Source: Lytechinus pictus
Taxonomy: Eukaryota
Assembly: GCF_037042905.1 (NCBI RefSeq)
Contig: NC_087245.1
Location: 40,364,001-40,428,000, forward strand
Direction of reading: 5' to 3'
DNA length: 64,000 bases
Shown here in pieces: positions 1 through 14,163 of this stretch. Made by a program: the position numbers and the translations under genes. Each line of letters begins with the position of its first letter. Position 1 is the stretch's first letter. The notes under the pieces are model-generated. The model was given only the letters and a program-made list of their open reading frames with translations, searched no databases and had not been told where the DNA came from.

Positions 1-398
1 CTTTAATCCTATGGCCTACTTGATGGCAACCATTATGGGATCAAAGTAAACAATTAGGGAGAGAATATTATTCAAATAGCAGTGTTAGACTAGAGAATTC
101 AATAATTAACCCATGAATTTCCGTCTTTCATTGGTCTATGATAAGAGTAATATTATCAATCACCCTGGAAATATATGTTTGCAATTTGTAGTAAAAGGCA
201 AACAACATTTTATAATTCTTCTCAATTTTCTGATATATAGTTACATGTATAAGCTACGTGCCCTCCAGAAGGAAGCACATTTACAATGTATCATATAAAA
301 ATAGTACATAATTTGTTCATACCTTACACAATCGACAATTAAAAATTACATTAGAAAATGTGTTTTCTTCTAGTTGCTTTCACAATTTGAATATTAAT

Positions 399-602
399 CA
401 GTAGCGGAATGAGCCAAACATTTTGAGGGGCCAGACGTGGCAAAATTTCTAATTGAATTCAAAGATCTAATTAGTTCATACGGTTTGATGCAATATCTAT
501 AAATAAGTATATTTCACCCTTTTCATTCCTTTTTCCCTCTTTTTTTTTCTTAGTCCTGAGGTTTTTTGGGGGGTCCATGGCCACCCCCCTTGTACATCAG
601 TG
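399..602. mobile_element. Degenerate short hAT-like MITE
   Basis: Begins CAGTAGCGGA, ends ...ACATCAGTG; flanked by near-identical 8-mers ATATTAAT (391-398) / ATATTTAT (603-610). Confidence 0.4.
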
Positions 603-850
603 ATATTTATGATATATACAGACTTGCCATAAATGAGTGATTGAAACAAAATGTCACCTCTTTGTCAAAAATATTCTATCACATTGGATTTGCAAATTCA
701 AAATGATATTTTTGCCAACGTTTTTGCTTCTTAAGAGTATTCATTTAAACCAAAATGATGGGCATGGTCTGACCATTACAGTAATGTATTGAAAAATACA
801 TGGATACTATGTGATTTTAAGACCAGCTGATCTCACTTTAAAACACCCAG

Positions 851-1395
851 AGGGGCTGTCTCATAATGCTTTTAGTAAGTTACGCCCAACTTCACGCATA
901 ACTGGGATTCTCTCTCATGTAAAATGTGATACCCTAGAAGTCAAGTTTTAACATATGAGGTTGGTTTTTTTTTGTTAACCCCAATTAAACTCTCTTTTTT
1001 CCATTTGGATGCTAGTTAAACGATTTTAATCTACAAGGATTGGATTTAAATTGAAGCTGATGAAAATCTAAATGATTAGCATCCAAGACAGGAACACCAG
1101 TCAAGCGTAACGTATCAAGAGCATTATGAAACACCACCCAGGGGGCCCCCGTTTCATAAAGACTTGCAACTATTGTAACTTTGCAATTACGGTTACTAGT
1201 ACTACCATGGAAATCTTGATTGCGATTGCGATTACCATTGCTGTAGGTCTTTATGAAACATAAATCCAGGGCCCTGTTGCATAAAAGTTACTACCATGGT
1301 GACGCTGATCAACATCCAATCAAAATCAAGGATTCCATGAAAGTTACCATTGGATGGCAAAGTTTCTATAATAATAACTTTTATGCAATGGGATC
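851..1395. mobile_element. Three head-to-tail PIF/Harbinger-like MITEs
   Basis: Units ~851-1138 (TCATAATGCT..AGCATTATGA), ~1142-1266 (GTTTCATAAAGAC..GTCTTTATGAAAC), ~1270-1395 (TTGCATAAAAGTTA..TAACTTTTATGCAA), separated by CAG at 848, 1139, 1267, 1396. Confidence 0.65.
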
Positions 1396-1784
1396 CAGGT
1401 GTGTATTATTATTATTGTCTTTGACCAAGAGCTTCAGTCTCTATACTGACTGATGATCGTTCATTAAGAGCATCTTTCTTCCAATGACTGTCTGAATCTA
1501 GAGGTCCTTCAGAAGTCCATATTAAGCACATTTCCATGGCAACATTCAGTTTCCGCAATAAAATGGATGAAAATGCAGTTTGTAAGAATGCATTCCAAAG
1601 CCGATGAAAAGAAGGATGACAGACATCCAGTCTGATCCTCTTCTTCAGGTAAGAAATCCTGCTCAAAAGCACAATGGCAGTTTGAAACCCAGACATTCTC
1701 AAGTCACGCAGTCTGATGTCCTGTTCATACGAATGTCCTGCTCACATATAGAATCCATGGCACAATGGCTGTGTGATGTCCCAT

Positions 1785-4930
<3,146 letters not shown>

Positions 4931-5966
4931 CTTGAACTTGAAGTCCCCGTTGTCTTATGGGTTCAGCTTAGATCTACCTTTTCTATTTGGTTAATAATTA
5001 TAAACCTTTGATTCCACTTCCAGCAGCAGCGTTTGGTTACTCAGCTGTGCTAGATACGGACGTAGATGGCGTTAATAGAAATCTATTCGAGGGCGCCGGG
5101 CTTGTACTTGATAGCTTCATCTATGATTAAAAATGAACATTTAAATCCCCATTTACATTAACAATTAAACAATTAAATGTCTTCTGAAAGTATCTCGAGA
5201 AGCCTTTATGTCAAGCTTCCGAAATACTAACTGAACCATTTGTTTTAGCCCAATAACTGATAACTCCATGCAAAAAACACATTATTTTCAAAAACATCTC
5301 CCACGCAGAATTAATCAAACTTATCAATTATAGACCCTTACTTTTATTTTGACTGTCATTTCAACAAAAAAAAAGAACGATATTAGAACATAAATAAAAA
5401 TTAGTACATCTTTGCAATTTATAAGTTGTTACTTTTTCAGCTCCCTAGCCTCTCTCTATACCAATAAAATCCATTTCTTCTTTCTCACTTTTGCGTAAGA
5501 CATTAGTCAATTTTCTATCAAATATGTTACATTATGGTCATCATTGGCCCAAATAATCGTATTTGTCGACATTACCATATAGGCCTAAAGTTATTTTTCT
5601 TTCTATTCATTCAAACAAATCATTTTTCTTCCATTTTCATAAATATATTTTTTCAATATATAAATAAAATAACATCATTTGTCATTAAATAGTTTATATG
5701 ACACCTAGATAGATCCTTGGCATTTGATTGGTTGATTGATGTCGATCATTCGGATCATTTTACAATCACGTCATCGACCGTGCAATTTAGGATCCATTCA
5801 TCATGCAATTTTGGATCCATACGATTTTGTCCATTGCATGCGGGTATTGTACGCGACATCCGCGACAATCAACAGACCGAGCTCGTACTGCATGATCATA
5901 TTTTGCATCGAAACTGATAAATTTCCTGTGAAAAATAATCTAGTTTTAAGTGTCATATAAACCAAT

Positions 5967-6105
5967 TAATGAATGTTCATTCGTGCAATGGACAGAGTAC
6001 TTCATTCAGTGAAAGATGAAATGAAACGATCCATTCAACTCGGCTACGCCTCGTTGAATTGATCTTTTCATCTTTCACCTCCATTGCACTCATAAACATT
6101 CATTA
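5967..6105. repeat. Imperfect long hairpin, probable terminal palindrome of a non-autonomous element
   Basis: Arms TAATGAATGTT..GTGCAATGGA..GTGAAAGATGAAA..GATCCATTCAAC / GTTGAATTGATC..TTTCATCTTTCAC..TCCATTGCAC..AACATTCATTA around centre TCGGCTACGCCTC. Confidence 0.7.
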
Positions 6106-8149
6106 TTTTGTATAATATACGGATAACAGATTTGTCAACAGAAAGCAGCGTAATACCCTGAAAGCACGGCTTGTAGCGGGATACACCAGTATCTAACACA
6201 AATACAATACAAGAAGAAACACAATAAGAGAAGGGAAAAGGATTAAGAAAGGGGTCAGAGAAGAAAGAGAAGGGAAGGAATCAAGATAGAAGTAGGCGGG
6301 AAATATATTCTTTGTATAGGCCTACTAATTTCACTCTATACTTTAAAGAATCTAAGATCTCTTGCATCAATCAATAACTTTTAAAAAAATAATGAACAAA
6401 AATGCCTTACTGATTTTCAATCAAGTGCTTGGTACATTATTTTTGTTACACATACAAACGGATAGAAGTAATTTCGCACATAATTCAAATAAAAAAATGA
6501 GGTTGACACAGATTTTTCAAACCCAATAAACACAAAATTTCAGCAGAGATTTGTTGATAAAATTCACAACTTTATTGATTATGAAAGTATGCAGAAAAAT
6601 ACAATTCCTATTTTTTGTGAAACAATCATTATTATCATGTAAATCTAGTGAAAGCTATATCAAAATATCAAAGTTCTACATTATTTGTATTTCATAAGTC
6701 TATGCAGTGTATATATACATTTTTCATTGTGTGTGGTATTATATTATCCTAGACAAATTACAGGAATAATGGCAAGGAAACAAATTTGCAGTATGCCCTA
6801 TTATAAACCATATTAACTTTTTATTATAATCTGAATTACCCTACTAAGAAGGATTTTGTATGTACACATGGATAGATACAGGTATGTGGGATGTAGATCA
6901 AGCCAATAGGCTACAGCTCATTATTCAAAATATTTGTTACTCATGTTTGAATAATCTATAGGTTTAATCTTCATCCGGTTAGTTTTTCCGAAAATGAAAT
7001 ATAGTTCAAAATGTATTCAAAATCTATTCCAAATGTTGGTTAATCCGAAAAACAAAACAAGGTTTGCTGTTCTGAAGATTCAATGGTCCAAAACCCCCCC
7101 CCCCCAAAAAAAAAAAAATTTCATGTAATTCATTAGTTAAGTTCATTCTATCGACTCGATCAAGCTTACTTGATCAAACCTTTGGAATACAGAAACTTAT
7201 TTGATTGCAAGTAATACAAAGATGCTGAATGGGAAGTGAAAAGTTAGGGAGATTTCATTTAGTAAAAATTGAATTTTATCTGGATATACATAAATTTCAT
7301 CCAAATTCAAGATAAATTCTTGACATGATCCCACATAAAAAAAAAAAACCTTCTCACTTTAAAATACTTAATTATTTACCAAAAATATATCAAAGTAGTA
7401 GATGCTTGGTTGATATGGTATCTTCCTGTATTTCATTTTAAATTACACCAATACATTGTACAGAAAAATATAATTCACACAATTTCTACACTTTTATAGT
7501 TAAAAATAAAGTATATATATTATTCATTTGTTTGCAAATCTGATTTACTCACTTGAACCACTCAAATCCTTCAATTATTCTACTATATTTATAGATTTTT
7601 CTAAAAAAAAAGAGAAGTTTATGAATTATCAAAAGTATCCAGTTCTAATAATTCTCACATCATGACTTATGTCATCATAATATGCTCGTTAGTAGATAGC
7701 TAACTGATACCAATACGGCAAACGACATTGTCTCCAAAGTTGCCATAATAATCTAACAATTGTAAAATTGAAATAATTCTTAATAACCATCGTCAAAGCA
7801 TTTATTTTCCTACTTCTTAGTAATCTAATAAATGATATCTTAGAACATGTATGATTGTATAAGAGTGACAAATTACTTACCATTGATAATATACAAAGTA
7901 AAAACATATTGTAAAATCATTAATTCATATTACTTATCATAAACAAGCCATCTAATTGCACCAATTCCTATGGCCAAACTATTACATTGCTATCATATAT
8001 TTTAATGAGATTATTCAGACATACTTACCTAAAATCATATTGTAACACTAATAATTAGCACTGTAATATTATACATACCCACATACACAAGGTTAAGTAT
8101 AACTGGCACATAATTTTTCTCATGTGCCCTACCAATGCATCAGCCAATA

Positions 8150-8459
8150 CACTGTAAAAACGCTGTTCAAATATTTAAGTATGTTATCTTAAGACCGTCA
8201 CTCTAACAACTATTGTTTAAACTTCAAACAAGTAGTTCAAAGTTTTAAACAAGTAGTTCATACTTTAAATAAAGTTGTTTTAAAAGTTTATTACAAATTG
8301 TGTGGTATTTTGTAGTCTGTTCAAACTTTTAAACAAGTAGTTCAACTTTAAACAAGTTGTTTAAAAGGTTTAAACAAGTGTATAAAAGTTTACACATAAG
8401 TAAATAGGTTGATGGGCTTAAAGAACATGCTCAAAATTTTAAACAGCGTTTTTACAGTG
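8150..8459. mobile_element. CACTG-ended (EnSpm/CACTA-like) MITE
   Basis: Perfect 18-bp TIR CACTGTAAAAACGCTGTT / AACAGCGTTTTTACAGTG, TA on both flanks, internal repeats of TTTAAACAAGTAGTT. Confidence 0.8.
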
Positions 8460-8492
8460 TACTAATTTACCATGAAATATCTTTGTAAGGCA

Positions 8493-8847
8493 AATAATAA
8501 TAATAATAATATTCCGCATTTATATAGCGCTTAATACATCGGAACGACGTCTCTAAGCGCTTTACAGATATATTATTACCCCGGTTATCGGATCCTTGCA
8601 TGCCCGCATACAATGTATGCACCTTCTCCACTCCCTGGGGAGCATTCCAACAAGAGTTCCAAGACTCAATTGCTAGGCATACTACATAGGCTTTCGCATC
8701 CTACCGGGTACCCATTTAACACCTGGGTGGAGAGTGGCAAATTGTGGATTGACGCCTTGCCAAAGGACGCTAGGCCATGGTGGGATTCGAACACACGACC
8801 CTCTGATTACAAGGCGAGAGTCAGAATCGCTACACCACAGCGCTTCC
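8493..8847 (-). mobile_element. tRNA-derived SINE, apparently full length
   Basis: Minus strand: head GGAAGCGCTGTGGTGTAGCG (A box)...GTTCGAATCCC (B box), central ACCCAGGTGTTAAATGGGTACC, L2-like tail AAGCGCT..AAGCGCTATATAAATGC and (TTA)n end. Confidence 0.85.
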
Positions 8848-9846
8848 ACGCAAACAAGATAGGGATGCTAGACATTAATAGAAATTCATTTACTTTCCCA
8901 ATAGTAAAACAAAATTAATATAAAGGAATATACTTAGGATACTACTATACATGGGGCAGAGGTAATATGAATGGCAGTACAGCTGCTGAAAGACAATTTA
9001 AATATGGCCAAATGCTTTCATGGTAACACAAAGAAATTGGTTTCATGTTAAAAAGATTAGCTACCTTACAATTAATATCCGTGCAAGGATATTGTAAAGA
9101 TGGTTTTAAACAGTTTTTAAGTATTAAGAAATTATCAAAACACACTATCCTGGTGGAACATACTTATGCAATATTGTATAATAAAGCCACAATTGTAAAA
9201 TATTTTTCAGTTTTTTGTAAAATGAGCACATATATAAAAAAAATTACAGAAAACCAATTCTTGAATGTTTTAAGAGGTGTACAATTGCCCATATAAGAGA
9301 TACTTTATAAATGGTGTGTATAAATAAATCAATACCTTGTATCTACTTGTGACTGCCATTCAAATACCAAATTTATCAATAACTCATTTACCATGCATTT
9401 ACCGATTCCTGAATAGACAGACCTTTAAGTATATCCATTTATTTCTTAAATACTTTTCTTTCAATGAAACCAATTCTCTGGCTAATAATAGTGTTGGTGC
9501 TATGACCACTAGGAAAGTTCATTCATAAAAATTGTAACAAGATGTATAAATTATGGCACAGATCAGAGCCTACATGTACAGCATGCCGGAAGTCACCTTG
9601 CAGGGAACATTGTTACTGCTTTCTAAAAGAAACATGTAAATACATTCAGAGGATTTTTAATATTTAAGATAAAGCAAAAAAACCAACATTTCAATCTTTA
9701 GGATACTCTGAATTCACACACAAGGCATTTTTTTCATGATGTTCTCTAATTATTGTTGTTAAATTAAGAGGTTTTCTCCTCAAGGAGATTTGCAAATCAC
9801 ACACATATGGAAATAGGACTTGAATTAAATGACAGTATATGCTCTG

Positions 9847-10030
9847 TTGGAGAACACTAGCTTGCAATAAAATTAATCATAAGTTTGGTGAGACCTAGTA
9901 TTTGTCATCTAATAGCTAAAGTAAGCATAATTTGCTAATATTGGAGAACACTACCTTGCAATAAAATTAATCATAAGTTTGGTGAGACCTGGTAATTTTT
10001 TGTCTAGTAGCTACATGTAAGTAAGCCTAA
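9847..10030. repeat. Tandem duplication, ~94-bp unit x2
   Basis: TTGGAGAACACTA(G/C)CTTGCAATAAAATTAATCATAAGTTTGGTGAGACCT begins at 9847 and at 9941. Confidence 0.85.
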
Positions 10031-10543
10031 TTCTCACAGTTTATAGTATTTGTCAGGATACTGTCAGATATGACGTTGAGCTTTTGTGTAGTATGTCAAT
10101 GGAAGAGATTTATATTTCCCGTCCAATTGGCCAGCAAATACAAGTTTAGCCGTGAAATATGCCAAACCGTCTAAAGCCTTCAAAATAAATAGAGAAGGCT
10201 ACTACAGACAGCTAATCACTGTTATCATTACAATAAATATTTTACAATACATTGACAAATACATGTAGGGTAATAAAGGAAACGTAAGGAAACTGAGATG
10301 TTCTATTATTCGTAAAAGAGCAGTTTTCACAAAACCATCCGACAAGAGCAAAAGTAAACAACATTTACTACAAACGTGGAAAAAAACATACCTTAAAAAG
10401 AATGGCTGCATCACTTTAAATTACAAACATGCATATGATTCGAAAAATAAGCTTCTACCAACCTAACCATATGATTTTATCAATAAAGCCGCCCTGGAAT
10501 AGGCATCTAATATGAGAATAAAATGTACAAAGGAAAGGATCAC

Positions 10544-12216
10544 CAGGGACCTGAGAAGCGGGGGTGCTGGGGGTGCTGAAGCACCCCCAGAAATTATCCT
10601 GGGGGTGCTGCGTGTATTATTTTCCATAGGCAGCACCCCCACGAAATCAGGTTCCCCCTGTATTTTTAAAAATATGTTATAATGTACACAATTATCACAT
10701 CAGACAATCGCAAATCATTTACATAGTCTTTCACATATTCCAATAACATCCCTCCTATATAACGCGACTCAATCAAGCTCCAGCAAGGCAGCACTCCGAT
10801 ACAGACGTAGTCGCGCGCAATACGTGATACACACTGGGGTTTAATCGAATCAAGTGATATAAATCAAATTTCACAGTCTTTTTCGCCCTGCCCCATGGCC
10901 CTACGGGCTGGGAAGCGGGGGTTCTGGGGGTAAATTCACCCTCTTTCAGATCGGAATATCAAATGTTTTCTGCTCGCGCTTTGCGCTTGCATAAATTGAT
11001 TTTTATCATTAAAAAATGTATTTAGAATGCCCAGATACTAGGTCCAACTCTAAACACGCGCACGCATATTTAATAGGTGGGCTGATGCTGTCACATCCCC
11101 ACTATCCTAGCTGTTCCTTGTGGAATCAAAATTGTTTCATTTTTTTCATACCAGAATGAATTATATGTCTCCCTTATAATGAAATAAGTTGCAGCAAAGA
11201 ATATCTAATGGAATAAATCAGTTGTCAATTCAGCTGTTTTGGTTCTTGAAAGGAAAATATTGAATAAACATAATTTTATATAATAAAATACAAAAGAACA
11301 AATGGGGAATAATGCTAATCTTTAAAATGTAATAACTGTGATTCCTTGTCTGATTTTGATAAAATCTTTATTCTTATGTTCGTCTGAGTTTTCTTTATCT
11401 GTTTAAACCATTTTACATTCAGTGTGGAGTTTCAGAACAGAATATCAACAATTATCTGCTCGCGCTTCGCGCTCACATTAATAATTTAAGAATATATCCA
11501 ATTACCCATCATTTTCTTGATTTACAAAACATGAATAGAATGTCCCGTTTTCAGGTCTGAAATCTCAATTTTGTTTCCGCTCGCGCTTTACGCTCGCATC
11601 AATTGTATAGTTATATACCTATCCTGTTCATGATTAGAAAAGTGCATAAGAATGATGTCTCGTTTTTAGGTTTGAAATCTCATTTTTATTTCCGCTCGCA
11701 TCAATTGTATAGTTTTATACCTATCCTTATCATGATTAGAAAAGTACTTAGAATCTCTCGTTTTTTGGTCTTAAATCTTAATTTTGTTTCCGCTCGCGCT
11801 TCGCGCTCGCATCAATTGTAAATACACCTATCCTGCTCATAATTAAAAAAAACGTGCTTAGAATGTCCAGTATTTAGATCGGAATGTCAAATTTTTCACC
11901 TCGCGCTTCGCGCTTGCATTATTTGATTGTTGATATATGTATCGTCTTCATGGGTAACTGCAAAACAGTCCTTATAACACGTCCCTTTCCATCAGGCAAG
12001 AGCGTATTTAAAAAATATCTGCTCACGCTCACAATTATTATTTGTTACATACGCATCTTTGACCACAAACATTGCTCAAAATGTTCAATTTTCAGGGCAA
12101 AATACATGAAATTTCCACAAAAAATAGGTCGCGCTTTGCGCTCGAATTATCTAATTATATATTTATGTTCTTTTATAAGAAGAAGAAAGCCAAGAAGTGA
12201 CTGTCATATGTATGTA

Positions 12217-12267
<51 letters not shown>

Positions 12268-12363
12268 AAGTATGTTAAACTCAATTGTATCTGTCGCCCC
12301 CCCCCCCCACCTCTGAGGAGAGATTTCAGCACCCCCACTGAAAAAATCATTCCCAGGTCCCTG
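10544..12363 (-). mobile_element. Non-autonomous hAT-like element with internal GCGCGAAGCGC-unit array
   Basis: TIR CAGGGACCTGAGA / TCCCAGGTCCCTG; perfect 8-bp TSD AGGATCAC (10536-10543, 12364-12371); repeated GCTCGCGCTTCGCGCTCGC variants; contains a Kolobok-like fragment (~11075-11430) and a (TA)n(TG)n tract. Confidence 0.85.
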
Positions 12364-12632
12364 AGGATCACTTCAAATTATTAACATGAACATGTCTTTC
12401 TTATGAATGCCGACCCAGGCAACAGTGAATGACAATTAAAAAAAAAAATCCAGAAATCTTGACAAACCTGATATAAAAGGATTGCACATTATTAGTCATG
12501 GGCAGCACATATGTCTCTGTAACCTTGTTATAATACAAAAATAAGAGAATATGGGGGGTGTTCACAACTCACAAGTATAAAATGCATCACCCCATTGGTC
12601 AAATCATGTGCACTGACATTCGAGCAAGACTT

Positions 12633-12915
12633 GGGGCCCGTCTTACAAAGAGTTGCGATTGATTTGATCAGTCACATCTATGGAAAGCCAGCAAATCAAC
12701 ATATAAAATGCATGTTTGTTCAAAAAAAATTCTAGGTATAAATGTATATCCATAAATTAATTAATTTCTTGACAATTTGGTGAGTTCTCCTTTGTTTACA
12801 ACAGACATTTTGCAAATTTCCTGTAGAAAAATTATGACACTGTTGGATTTCCATAGCAGACCATCCATAGTTGCAATCGATCGGATCAATCGCAACCCTT
12901 TGTAAGACGGGGCCC
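12633..12915. mobile_element. Harbinger-like MITE
   Basis: TIR GGGCCCGTCTTACAAAGAGTTGCGATTGAT / ATCAATCGCAACCCTTTGTAAGACGGGGCCC. Confidence 0.75.
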
Positions 12916-13516
12916 TGGAGTAATCATCATCAAGAAATGCTTGGTCAACACTTTAGGGGGTATGTCAGATCAGATTAGGCATCGGAGTGAAAAAAAAACT
13001 GGATTTGTCCCAACGAATTGGGGCAGTTTCAGACATTACATCTACAGGGTGCAAATATAATGCATGTTACTTACATGTAGGTAACATCATTAATGATTCT
13101 ATCATTTTAAATGAATGATCCTGCTGCTTTATGTGAGTCAATTTACATGACAGAGCAGTAGCCTTGGTAACAAGCATGAATTTAGCACCTTGTGAAAACA
13201 GTGTACATTCATTGTTGGACTCTTTCTCAATAAACATCCAACATTGGCGGTAATGAATTTGAGAAATCCGCATGAACTGACCATGGATACAGAACTAACT
13301 TTGTGAAATCAGGCCAAATTGGGCAGTCAAGGGGTTGTTGAATGAGCTATAAGAATATAGACTTGATTAAAGTATTCATTGTAATCCTCAAGATTGTCAT
13401 CGTCATCTTCATTTGTTACTCGAGCTTTGGAAACCGACATGAATCCTTGGAACGACGTCCATTGATGAGGAGGCAAAGTGGTCAGTGCCATCATTATCGT
13501 TACCTTCAACAGAAGT

Positions 13517-13613
13517 ATCATCATCATCATCATCATAAGTATCATTATCATCATCATCATAAGTATCATTATCATCATCATCATCAGTATCATTATCATC
13601 ATCATCATCATCA
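13517..13613. repeat. Compound (CAT)n microsatellite with 24-bp higher-order unit
   Basis: (CAT)n blocks interrupted by AGTATCATTAT three times. Confidence 0.9.
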
Positions 13614-14163
13614 TATTCCTCCTCTTCATCCTCACAATCACCATCATCTTTAGTCTTTGTTCCTCATCATCTCATCCTTGTAAGAGAAAGACTAATAGCA
13701 TCCTGTCATGTCATTAATGATACAAACAAATTCTTACCAGACTAATACCCCCCCCCCCCTCCTCCCCCTCTTAATCAATTCTGCCAGAGGTGGATTTGAA
13801 GCAGCTGGTCACACGGTGGAGTTACTAGTACCAAAACTTGTCTTTCTAGTGAAGGATAGACACCCTTTTAGAGCAGTTTACTAACATGTAAACCTCCTCC
13901 TCTTTGCATCTTCCCCTCTCATTATCACAGTTAGAGATGGCCTTGAAGCGGCCAGACTTTACTTACAAATAAGAATACCGACCCCTTCTTTGGTAGCGTC
14001 AGAAATAATCTTCCTCCTCCTCCTTATAATCAATCATCCCTGTAAGAGGGCTTGAAGCGGCCAGTCGCACTGTCGTCTTACTAGTAAGGATACTAAATGC
14101 ATCATCAACAGTCTTCTCAAAAATGATAAAACTCCTATTCCTTCTCCTCTGTATCATCAGCAT

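Noticed and set aside
5031..5046. RFX X-box in the MORN2 promoter
   Set aside because: Only a half-site-like GGTTACTCAG; too weak to call.
11884..12384. 166-aa ORF inside the hAT-like element
   Set aside because: Runs through (TA)n(TG)n and poly-C; no hAT transposase signature.
13327..13717. Poly-His, poly-Met and poly-Ile ORFs
   Set aside because: Products of the (CAT)n microsatellite read in different frames.
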